A stretch of DNA of 44,575 nucleotides from an uncultured Christensenellaceae bacterium. Its GTDB lineage: Bacteria > Bacillota > Clostridia > Christensenellales > UBA3700. The notes beneath the pieces were generated by a model that worked only from the letters and a program-made list of their open reading frames with translations, was not told the origin of the DNA and ran no database searches. The DNA lies in assembly GCA_944381355.1 (NCBI GenBank), contig CALWKV010000112.1, positions 1-44,575 of the forward strand. The letters run 5' to 3'. Shown here in pieces: positions 37,448 through 44,575 of the stretch; positions within the stretch are counted from its first letter, which is position 1, and each line of letters starts with the position of its first letter. The translations under genes and the position numbers were made by a program.

Positions 37448-39094
37448 TTATTTCGTATCGAGTTTTGCAAAGACTATCGCGTCGCTATAATTGACCTTGC
37501 CTATCTCTGCCAGCACGTATACGTTGCCGTCCTTGTCGCCGTCCATACACGAGTAGCCCGCCGCTCCGCCGTAAATAAGTTTGCTCGTCCAGTTCTCTCC
37601 GTCGGTCGTAGTGCCCACCGACAGATTGACTCTCGTATGGAACGAGTCGGGGTAACTGAGCATCAGTTTGCCGTCGTGTACGTAGAGCGACGCCATACAT
37701 ATGGGAGTTTTGAGCGTCGTGAATTTTTCTTTGATATACCAGGTCGCGCCGCCGTCTTTAGAATACGACAGCTTATGGAACTGTCTGGGGTGGTAATCGC
37801 AGCAGCCCGCACCGTCTCTGACGACCATCACCACTTCACCGCTCTCCAGCACCGCCGCTTCGCATTCGTTGCCGCTGCCCGCTACTTCGCTTCTCTGCCA
37901 GGTCAGACCGTGGTCGTCGCTGTATATAACGAAAGAACTGCCGTTGTTGCTTGCGGGTACGATTATCCTGCCATCGTACTCTCCGCCCCTGATCTGCACC
38001 GCCTTGCCGGGACCGACCATCAGAGTATCCGCGCGCACTCCGTCAGCCGCGCCTCTCTTGATGTTGGGATCTTTGGGCAGGCTGATATTGATCGGCTCTT
38101 CCCAGTCAAAAGTCAGATCGTCTTTGAGCCTGCCTCTGATATTGAAAGTGTTGTAGTTGAAACCCGTCGACTTGGTCGCACTCATGTGCACTATGTTGAG
38201 AAGTCCCGTATCCCTGTCCAGCACCACGGTCGGGTTGCCGTACTTTCCTACCTCGTTGCCGAAAGTGAATATGGTTTTCTGCTCTCCCCAGGTCTTGCCT
38301 CCGTCGAGCGAGAATTTGCCCAGCATATCCACTACGCCTACGTCGTGAGCAGAATTTTTTCTGCCCTCCACGAGCGCGAGGAGCACGCCTCTTTCAAAGT
38401 GCGTGCCGCATTTTGCATTGAGTATATCCTTATCCATTACGATAAGCGACGGGATCCTGTATGCGGAATAACCGTCCGTCTTGCCCTCGAAAAGCAGATA
38501 GGGTGCGCCGTCGGTATTGTGGAACTTGCCGTACTTCTGGCTTCTCGCCCATGCTGCGCCGACAAGCATGGTGAGCACGATGGTCGCGGATATAATGCAG
38601 GACATCACGTACGCTTTCGTCACTATCGCGACGAGCGCCGCCACGAGCATGAACACCGCGCCGGCGATGAGCATTATCATATTGAGCGTGTTGAGCGCTA
38701 TGGGTTGGAAAAGGTCGACCACCAGCGCTTTTATGATTATATACACGAGGAAAGCCGCGCCCAGCACAAGCAGGACTATCGAACTGACGAGCGCGTCTGT
38801 TCCCGACTCTACGCCCGTAATCGCCACAATTAGTCCCACTACGGGAAGCACCGCCATCGCACAGCAGAACAACGCCGACATCGCCGTCGACGAAAAGAAC
38901 AACCCGTCGTTGAAGATCAGGAACATAAAGACCGCCACTGCAAGTACGAGAAACGCAATCGCTGCCACGACGAACGTCCATATATTGTCGAAACACGCGT
39001 CGGAAAAAACACCGCAAAGCACGGCTGCGACGATCAGCATCGCGATAAACGCACCGAGCACCGCGAGTTGCGGCGCATGTTTTTTGTCAAACAT
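37448..39094 (-). CDS. Exo-alpha-sialidase (GH33) fused to an N-terminal polytopic membrane domain
   Basis: YRIPSL (RIP motif) and Asp-boxes SLDGGKTW, SDDHGLTW and SKDGGATW. The first 190 aa or so form 5-6 hydrophobic helices. AAGGAGG RBS. Terminator at 37405..37432. Confidence 0.85.
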   Translation of the reverse strand: MFDKKHAPQLAVLGAFIAMLIVAAVLCGVFSDACFDNIWTFVVAAIAFLVLAVAVFMFLIFNDGLFFSSTAMSALFCCAMAVLPVVGLIVAITGVESGTDALVSSIVLLVLGAAFLVYIIIKALVVDLFQPIALNTLNMIMLIAGAVFMLVAALVAIVTKAYVMSCIISATIVLTMLVGAAWARSQKYGKFHNTDGAPYLLFEGKTDGYSAYRIPSLIVMDKDILNAKCGTHFERGVLLALVEGRKNSAHDVGVVDMLGKFSLDGGKTWGEQKTIFTFGNEVGKYGNPTVVLDRDTGLLNIVHMSATKSTGFNYNTFNIRGRLKDDLTFDWEEPINISLPKDPNIKRGAADGVRADTLMVGPGKAVQIRGGEYDGRIIVPASNNGSSFVIYSDDHGLTWQRSEVAGSGNECEAAVLESGEVVMVVRDGAGCCDYHPRQFHKLSYSKDGGATWYIKEKFTTLKTPICMASLYVHDGKLMLSYPDSFHTRVNLSVGTTTDGENWTSKLIYGGAAGYSCMDGDKDGNVYVLAEIGKVNYSDAIVFAKLDTK

Positions 39095-39234
39095 AATACC
39101 TCCTTATCGGCTAGCAGCCGCGGATACGTCGTATCCGTATCCTTATCTTTTATATTTTACCATATAAAAACGCAATTGTCCAAAAATATCTCCGTATTGT
39201 GAATTTTATATGCCGCGCACCCGACAGACGCACA

Positions 39235-39263
39235 TTGACAGTGCGGCGCGCACGTTATATAAT
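39235..39263 (+). promoter_or_regulatory. Consensus promoter of the EEP lipoprotein gene
   Basis: TTGACA, 17 nt, TATAAT (perfect consensus). RBS GGAGGGA follows downstream. Confidence 0.75.
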
Positions 39264-39287
39264 ATTATCGGTGACGGAGGGAGTTTT

Positions 39288-40193
39288 ATGAAGAAGATTT
39301 ACTCATTTACTATTGTCGTTCTCATCCTTGCCTGCCTGATCTTGTCGTTTTGCGCCTGCGACGACGCGCCGCCGTCTTACGACGGTTACAGAGTATACGA
39401 CGTGATGAGCATGAACATAAGAATGGACGCAATAATCGACTTCAACGAAAAAAACTGGGCTGACGGCAGAGGCGCGCTCGTATGCGACTATATCAGGAAC
39501 AGCGGAGCCGACGTGGTCTGTCTGCAGGAAGTCTGCCTCAATCAGCACGAAGACATCCTTAACGCTCTCGGCGACGTCTATTCCGTGATATACTACCAAC
39601 GCGAAGCTGAAGGACGCAACCCGGAAGGGCTTGCTATCCTTTACAGCAACGAGTTCGAGCTTGTCGAAAGCAACCGCTTCTGGCTGAGTTCCACTCCCGA
39701 CACAGAGTCGAAGGACTGGGGAGCCGCATATAAAAGGATAAGCGTGAACGCCGTACTCCGAGACAAGACGACGAGTCGGGAAATCAACGTCTTCACCGTA
39801 CATCTCGACCATATCAGCGAGCTGTCGCGCGAAAACGGTCTGTCTCTTATCCTCGAACGCGCGGCGCAGTACGACTGCCCCGCCATACTCGCGGGAGACT
39901 TCAACACTAACGAAAACAGCGACTGCTATTCTATCGTCGCAGAGCAGATGCAGGACTGCCGCAAGGTCGCGCCCGTGACCGACAGCGGTCTTACATATCA
40001 GAACTTCGGCTCGATAAAACAAACCGAAGAAAGTTTGCCGATAGACTTCTGCTTTGCCGATAACTCATTCAGCGTGTTCGAATTCGATATAAAAGCAGAA
40101 ACTACGGACTACGGCGTTTATTACTCCGATCACTATGCGATAACAGCAAAGCTCGGGCTTCCGCTCCCCGAAACTGCAGAAGAATCGGCTTGA
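39288..40193 (+). CDS. Endonuclease/exonuclease/phosphatase (EEP) family lipoprotein
   Basis: ATG at 39288 follows GGAGGGA. Lipobox LSFCAC. EEP blocks MSMNIRMD, VVCLQEV, FTVHLDH, LAGDFN and YSDHYAI. Perfect consensus promoter upstream. Confidence 0.8.
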   Translation: MKKIYSFTIVVLILACLILSFCACDDAPPSYDGYRVYDVMSMNIRMDAIIDFNEKNWADGRGALVCDYIRNSGADVVCLQEVCLNQHEDILNALGDVYSVIYYQREAEGRNPEGLAILYSNEFELVESNRFWLSSTPDTESKDWGAAYKRISVNAVLRDKTTSREINVFTVHLDHISELSRENGLSLILERAAQYDCPAILAGDFNTNENSDCYSIVAEQMQDCRKVAPVTDSGLTYQNFGSIKQTEESLPIDFCFADNSFSVFEFDIKAETTDYGVYYSDHYAITAKLGLPLPETAEESA

Positions 40194-40237
40194 CGGATCA
40201 CCCCGACAAGACAACTAAAAAATATAAGACAATGCAA

Positions 40238-40265
40238 AACGGGATCCGCAGATACGGGTCCCGTT
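40238..40265 (-). terminator. Possible terminator between the convergent EEP and YhcH genes
   Basis: About 11-bp stem with one mismatch (aacgggacccg/cggatcccgtt on the minus strand), followed by only TTTTG. Confidence 0.35.
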
Positions 40266-40321
40266 CTGAACGATTATCTGTCAGCCATGCCGTCCCGGTC
40301 AACAGCGACATCTGAACCGTC

Positions 40322-40768
40322 TCATCTGTATTTTATTTTGAAAACCGCCTTTTTGACCTGTCTGCAACAGGTCGAATCGTCTCGTATGCTCGGCGCGTGC
40401 GCTTCTCCCGGCATAAACATACACCAATCGCCTGCTTTCATAGTCAGATATGCCAAACCCCCGCTCCAGACAGCGATATCCTTTTCTGCAGAATAAGGTG
40501 TGACCTCCGTCAGCTTCCCGACCGGTACTCCCATAAGTTCCTCTCCCTCGAGTATAAGCTGGATATCGGCATAATTGTCGTGCGTTTCCGCTGTCGCGCC
40601 CTCTTTGGGTCTCGGCTCGTAGGTCATCACGTTGACGAACACTCCGTCCGCAATGTCGTGTCTGCCGAGCGAAAAATCGGTGTTCTTGTTTTTTGCCATT
40701 GCCATACACAGCGCGACTTTTTCGTCGAGATCGTCGTAAAAGTCGTCTGCAAGTCTCGAATATATCAT
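40322..40768 (-). CDS. YhcH/YjgK/YiaL (DUF386) family cupin; the family includes the sialic-acid anomerase NanQ
   Basis: GRHDI.DGVFVNVM.Y......E.H..YADIQLILEGEE and MFMPGEAH blocks resemble E. coli YhcH. An AAGGAG RBS lies immediately after the upstream stop codon. Confidence 0.8.
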   Translation of the reverse strand: MIYSRLADDFYDDLDEKVALCMAMAKNKNTDFSLGRHDIADGVFVNVMTYEPRPKEGATAETHDNYADIQLILEGEELMGVPVGKLTEVTPYSAEKDIAVWSGGLAYLTMKAGDWCMFMPGEAHAPSIRDDSTCCRQVKKAVFKIKYR

Positions 40769-40779
40769 TATGTCTCCTT

Positions 40780-41895
40780 TTATTCTTCGGGCGCGAAAGT
40801 CGCTTCGAGTTTCTCGGTAAAGCGCTGTACGTCGTCCATATTGTCGAACCTGTACGCAACGTATTCCGTCTTTCCGTTCTGAATCGTACAGATGAATTTT
40901 TTCTCGTCGTCATAGTCGTACTGCGGCAGATTGGCGTCTCTGAGTATCGCCATAACGACCGCCTGTTCGCGTTGCAGGAACATGATCTTCGCATAAGTCA
41001 CGTTGCCCACGCGGTAGCTGTACGAGCCTTGCAACTGCTCCACCTCTTTGACCACGTTGGCGCAGTCGTCGAGCACGGTGATGAGACTGGGAACCAGCTC
41101 ACACAGAGCTTCGGCGACCGCTATGTACCTGTCTCCCCATTCGTCAGTGTTGAAACCGCGCAGATTTCTGACCTTGGAATACGCGATATCGCTCTCGCCG
41201 TTCACGTCGCCCTCTGTCAGCATGAGTCTCGACGGCAGAGCAAACGCTCCTTCGTTCTCGTCAACAATGCCCGCGGCGATCAGTCTGCGATATGTCAGGA
41301 AGCCGAAGTTGAGTCTTTCTTTATACCACGTCTCTCCTATCAGTTCCGAAAGCACGGGATCGTCGTCGAACGGCGGTTTGTCGAGATATTTGTCTCCCGT
41401 CAGCGCGACGTAATAATATCCCGCAGCGCCTGCAAGCGTCTCTCTGCAATATGTGACAAGCCTGCCCTTGTTGAGTTTTCTCATCTTGTCGCCGCACGGG
41501 GGCATCTTTACTTCGACGATACGCAGATAGTCTTTGGGATTGCATTTGAGCGCTTCTTTGAATCTCCATTTAAGCGCAAGTTGAACGTTGAGACAACCTG
41601 CGTCTGTATAGCTCTCTTTCGTAGATATCGCATTCTTGTATTCAACGACCTTTGCCTCTGTGAAAACGACGTATTTTCCGTCGTTTGTATACGCGATGAT
41701 TATCAGATCGGGGCTGCCGAACTCACCCAGCGAAAATTCCACCAGATATTCGCATCTGACGACGTGTTCTATAAAAGACGGCGTCTCGCCGACCCATTGG
41801 ATTTGTTTGAGAATCGCGTTGGGAGCCTTGTCCGCGCTGTCCAGAAGTATCGCGTTGACGAGTCCTCTCTCTCCGTAAAGATAGACGTTGTCCAT
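40780..41895 (-). CDS. Hypothetical protein with an N-terminal PD-(D/E)xK nuclease-fold signature
   Basis: AAGGAG RBS and promoter at 41936..41964. The motif order is E9 (GERGLVNAIL), GSPD62-LIIIAY, then VVFTE79-A-K81. The remaining 290 aa or so are unassigned. Confidence 0.7.
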   Translation of the reverse strand: MDNVYLYGERGLVNAILLDSADKAPNAILKQIQWVGETPSFIEHVVRCEYLVEFSLGEFGSPDLIIIAYTNDGKYVVFTEAKVVEYKNAISTKESYTDAGCLNVQLALKWRFKEALKCNPKDYLRIVEVKMPPCGDKMRKLNKGRLVTYCRETLAGAAGYYYVALTGDKYLDKPPFDDDPVLSELIGETWYKERLNFGFLTYRRLIAAGIVDENEGAFALPSRLMLTEGDVNGESDIAYSKVRNLRGFNTDEWGDRYIAVAEALCELVPSLITVLDDCANVVKEVEQLQGSYSYRVGNVTYAKIMFLQREQAVVMAILRDANLPQYDYDDEKKFICTIQNGKTEYVAYRFDNMDDVQRFTEKLEATFAPEE

Positions 41896-41935
41896 AATTT
41901 TCTCCTTCGCAACAAAGTTGCAGTTTTATACTTTT

Positions 41936-41964
41936 ATTAGACCCCCAAAAGCGGTCTTTGTCAA
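41936..41964 (-). promoter_or_regulatory. Promoter of the PD-(D/E)xK-like / YhcH operon
   Basis: Minus strand reads TTGACA, 17 nt, TCTAAT. About 35-nt leader with AAGGAG. Confidence 0.6.
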
Positions 41965-42155
41965 TAGTGACCGACAAAATTTTACATATTTTTACATTGC
42001 GCGTCGCGCGCGTGAAAGTAAGGTCGGCGGCTTGTCTCGCCTTTTCCTTTTATCACGGTTGTCCGTGCGCAAAATGAAAAGCGGATTCTCGCGAAAGACC
42101 GCGCTTTTGTCATGATACGCTTTTGAAGGGCGCAACCCTTGCGACTTGCGCGTAC

Positions 42156-42181
42156 ACAAAAAGCCGCCCCGTTGGGCGGCG
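42156..42181 (-). terminator. Rho-independent terminator of the GH29 fucosidase gene
   Basis: gccgccc-cgtt-gggcggc hairpin. The minus strand continues TTTTTGTG. Confidence 0.75.
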
Positions 42182-42222
42182 TTTTACATTTGATTTGCCA
42201 TGCGCGTCGTTCAACGCTGATT

Positions 42223-43803
42223 TCATTTTGCATAAAGCTCCACGCATCTGAGTACGGGGACGCTCCTCGACTGCTTGATCACTATTCTTACGACGTCGCT
42301 CGCGGGCGCGTTTTCAAACATCAGTATCCTGCGGTTGCCTATCACGGTGCTGTCTCCGATCAGCCTCCACTTGCCTTCAGACCTGACCCATACTTCGAAT
42401 TCTTCCACTCTCTGCGAAGATCTGAGGTCCTCTCTGATATCTATTCTGTAGAGAGAAGTCGGCTCTTTGAGATAGAAGTCGAGGATATATTCCGAAGACG
42501 TGAACGTATAGCCGTCTCTTTCATTGTTGAGGAGATTATAAAGCTCCTGTTTTTCCTGCATGGAATCGTTGTCTCCCACTTCTATCTTTTCGACCTCGAT
42601 CGGATTTGCAGTAGTTGCCGCTATAGCCTCGCCGAACTCTTTGAGCACCTTGACGTCCTTGTTCGCGATTCTTCCGCTCTTGTCGGGCGGAACGTTGAGC
42701 AGAAGACTGCTGTTGCCTCCGACGGAAGTGAAATATATCTGCAAAAGCTGTTCAAGGCTCTTGGGGTTCTGATTCCAATGATAGAACCAGCCTTTTCTGA
42801 TGCTGACGTCAACCTCTGCGGGATAAAAAGCCAGATCTTTATAATTGGCAAGAAGTTCGCGGCTACCCCTGTCTGCCGCTTCCGCGCTGACAGACTGAAG
42901 CTCGTCTGCGCCGTCCTCGCTGGTCTGGAAGTGCTCGGTAGAAGCGTTGGACATACTGACCACGCTCCACTCGCTTTCGCGTGCGATACCTGCTTCGTTG
43001 CCTACCCACCTGACGTCAGTACCCTGTATCGCAGTCACGCAACCGGGCTGAAGGTCGTTGATAAGCTGCTCGTAACCTTCCATATCGTACTCAAAACCCG
43101 GCTCGATATCGGCGTCCTCGCCGCGTGCGCCGTCCATCCATACGCAGAAGATCTCGCCGTAGTCGCCGCAAAGAAGCTCTCGGAGTTGTTCTTTATAAAA
43201 ATCGTTGTATGCGTCCGTGCCGTAGCACTCGGCATTCATATCCCACGGTGAAAGATAGATGCCGAATTTGAGACCGTATTTCTTGCAACTCTCGGACAGC
43301 TCTTTCACGATATCGCCCTGACCGTTCTTGTAAGGGCTGTTCTTGATGCTGTGCTCTGTAGTATTTGTCTGCCACAGGCAGAAGCCGTCATGATGCTTGG
43401 CTGTGAAAATTATGCCTTTACTGCCGGACGCCTTGAGCACTTCGCACCATTGATCGGTATCCAGATCCTTCGGGTTGAACTTGGAAGGAGACTCCTCTCC
43501 CGTACCCCATTCCTTGCCCGTCATCGTATTCATGCCGAAATGGATGAAATTGTAATACTCAAGTTCGAGATAATCGAGCTGTTTTTCGGACGGCAGAACG
43601 CTGATGAGTCTGTCGACCTCCTCGCTCTCCTTGTCATAGCCGTTGTTATAATTGCCGCAACCCTGCAGAAATTCTTCGCCTTCGGCATAGCTCTTTTCGG
43701 GCACTTCGTAATAATTGTATTTATCCTTGTTACATCCAGAAAACCAAAACATTGTGCACATAATCATTCCCGTTACCGTCAAAGCAGTAAATAATTTTCT
43801 CAT
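42223..43803 (-). CDS. Alpha-L-fucosidase (GH29) lipoprotein with a C-terminal F5/8-type-C-like domain
   Basis: The ATG at 43803 (MRKLF) follows GAGAGG; the track start at 43809 is a GTG. Lipobox FSGC. GH29 block FTAKHHDGFCLWQT. Consensus promoter and strong terminator. Confidence 0.9.
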   Translation of the reverse strand: MRKLFTALTVTGMIMCTMFWFSGCNKDKYNYYEVPEKSYAEGEEFLQGCGNYNNGYDKESEEVDRLISVLPSEKQLDYLELEYYNFIHFGMNTMTGKEWGTGEESPSKFNPKDLDTDQWCEVLKASGSKGIIFTAKHHDGFCLWQTNTTEHSIKNSPYKNGQGDIVKELSESCKKYGLKFGIYLSPWDMNAECYGTDAYNDFYKEQLRELLCGDYGEIFCVWMDGARGEDADIEPGFEYDMEGYEQLINDLQPGCVTAIQGTDVRWVGNEAGIARESEWSVVSMSNASTEHFQTSEDGADELQSVSAEAADRGSRELLANYKDLAFYPAEVDVSIRKGWFYHWNQNPKSLEQLLQIYFTSVGGNSSLLLNVPPDKSGRIANKDVKVLKEFGEAIAATTANPIEVEKIEVGDNDSMQEKQELYNLLNNERDGYTFTSSEYILDFYLKEPTSLYRIDIREDLRSSQRVEEFEVWVRSEGKWRLIGDSTVIGNRRILMFENAPASDVVRIVIKQSRSVPVLRCVELYAK

Positions 43804-43837
43804 AATCACCTCTCAGGCAATTGCGCCTCACAATCCG

Positions 43838-43866
43838 ATTATACCATAATATCAGCGTTGTGTAAA
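43838..43866 (-). promoter_or_regulatory. Promoter of the GH29 fucosidase gene
   Basis: Minus strand reads TTTACA, 17 nt, TG-G-TATAAT (extended -10). It lies in the 77-bp gap between the stop of the 140-aa ORF (43881) and the fucosidase start (43803). Confidence 0.65.
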
Positions 43867-43880
43867 CCGGCTTTTCGCAA

Positions 43881-44303
43881 TCAGCGCATATCCGTTCCGA
43901 CGTCGCCCGAATCCGTATGCGACCCGTCCTCAGACTCTGCCGACTTGATCGCGTCCTCTATGCCGTGTTCTTCCATGTATACGCGCCATGCGTCCTCTTC
44001 GCCGCCGAGCAATTTTGCTTCGAGTTCTTCACCCGTCGAGGCGTCTATCACCCCGTCGCTCACGCTCGCCCGTACTTTGAGAACTTCCATTATTTCTCTG
44101 TGCTTCTTCTCTGTCATATCCCAGAAGAACATGGGCACCATCGTCGCCGCGTTGATACCTATACCGCCTATGCAATACGCCGCCGCCTCTTTAAAAGACA
44201 AATAACGGTTTTTGGGAGCTTTGTTCCAATACGTTCTGACGTACCTGCACCCGCCTTTTATCTTGTCACCGAGTGTACTCACAGTCTGTTTAAAATTCCC
44301 CAT
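43881..44303 (-). CDS. Hypothetical protein: one hydrophobic helix and an acidic C-terminal tail
   Basis: The ATG at 44303 follows GGGGAAAGG. The N-terminus (YLSFKEAAAYCIGGIGINAATMV) resembles the first helix of GPH/MFS-type sugar transporters, but the ORF ends after 140 aa. It could be a remnant. Confidence 0.4.
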   Translation of the reverse strand: MGNFKQTVSTLGDKIKGGCRYVRTYWNKAPKNRYLSFKEAAAYCIGGIGINAATMVPMFFWDMTEKKHREIMEVLKVRASVSDGVIDASTGEELEAKLLGGEEDAWRVYMEEHGIEDAIKSAESEDGSHTDSGDVGTDMR

Positions 44304-44459
44304 AACCCTTTCCCCTCGAGTTTTTTGCCTTTTCATTATAATATATACTGACCGTCAAGTCAACAGGCTTAGTCTCCGCCCTCCTTACCCTCTGCCCGCT
44401 TCAGGCGCCCGCAAATCGCCGTTTTCTATCAATTTTTTTTGACAAAACCCGAAAATCGG

Positions 44460-44488
44460 TTTACTTTTTTATCCGATTGTGATATATT
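44460..44488 (+). promoter_or_regulatory. Candidate promoter of tRNA-Ala
   Basis: TTTACT, 17 nt, TG-A-TATATT (extended -10), ending about 11 nt before the mature 5' end. An alternative TTGACA lies at 44439..44444. Confidence 0.45.
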
Positions 44489-44499
44489 CAATCGTGCTT

Positions 44500-44575
<76 letters not shown>

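Overview
This is a 44.6-kb chromosomal segment that looks like a Gram-positive anaerobe, probably Clostridia-like. That placement is an inference from strong GGAGG-type RBSs, lipobox lipoproteins, TTGACA/TATAAT promoters and a genomically encoded CCA on the tRNA. I call 34 protein genes (28 on the minus strand) and one tRNA-Ala(CGC) that ends exactly at the right edge. All family calls come from motifs read by eye; no searches were run. The content mixes housekeeping genes with many glycan-active enzymes. Housekeeping: rho, a long prs-like gene, cobB, ybaK, a guaA-like gene, ddh, an M29 aminopeptidase and a PlsC-type acyltransferase. Glycan-active: GH3, GH30-like, GH28-like beta-helix, GH95-like, GH29 fucosidase, GH33 sialidase, a YhcH/NanQ-like cupin and an SGNH hydrolase. 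Three XRE-type regulators are also present. I saw no transposase, integrase, cas gene, CRISPR array, reverse transcriptase or rRNA, so this is not an obvious mobile island. The candidates most worth a second look are: (1) an orphan PD-(D/E)xK nuclease-fold gene tightly coupled to a YhcH/DUF386 gene, with its own promoter; (2) a 1411-aa acidic membrane-anchored protein with internal repeat modules, in an operon with a PfkB kinase and a TIGR03905 4-Cys protein; (3) a sialidase fused to a polytopic membrane domain; (4) a GuaA whose glutaminase domain is vestigial; (5) a complex tandem and inverted repeat structure in the 4.8-5.36 kb convergent intergenic region. None of these can be assigned a function from sequence alone.
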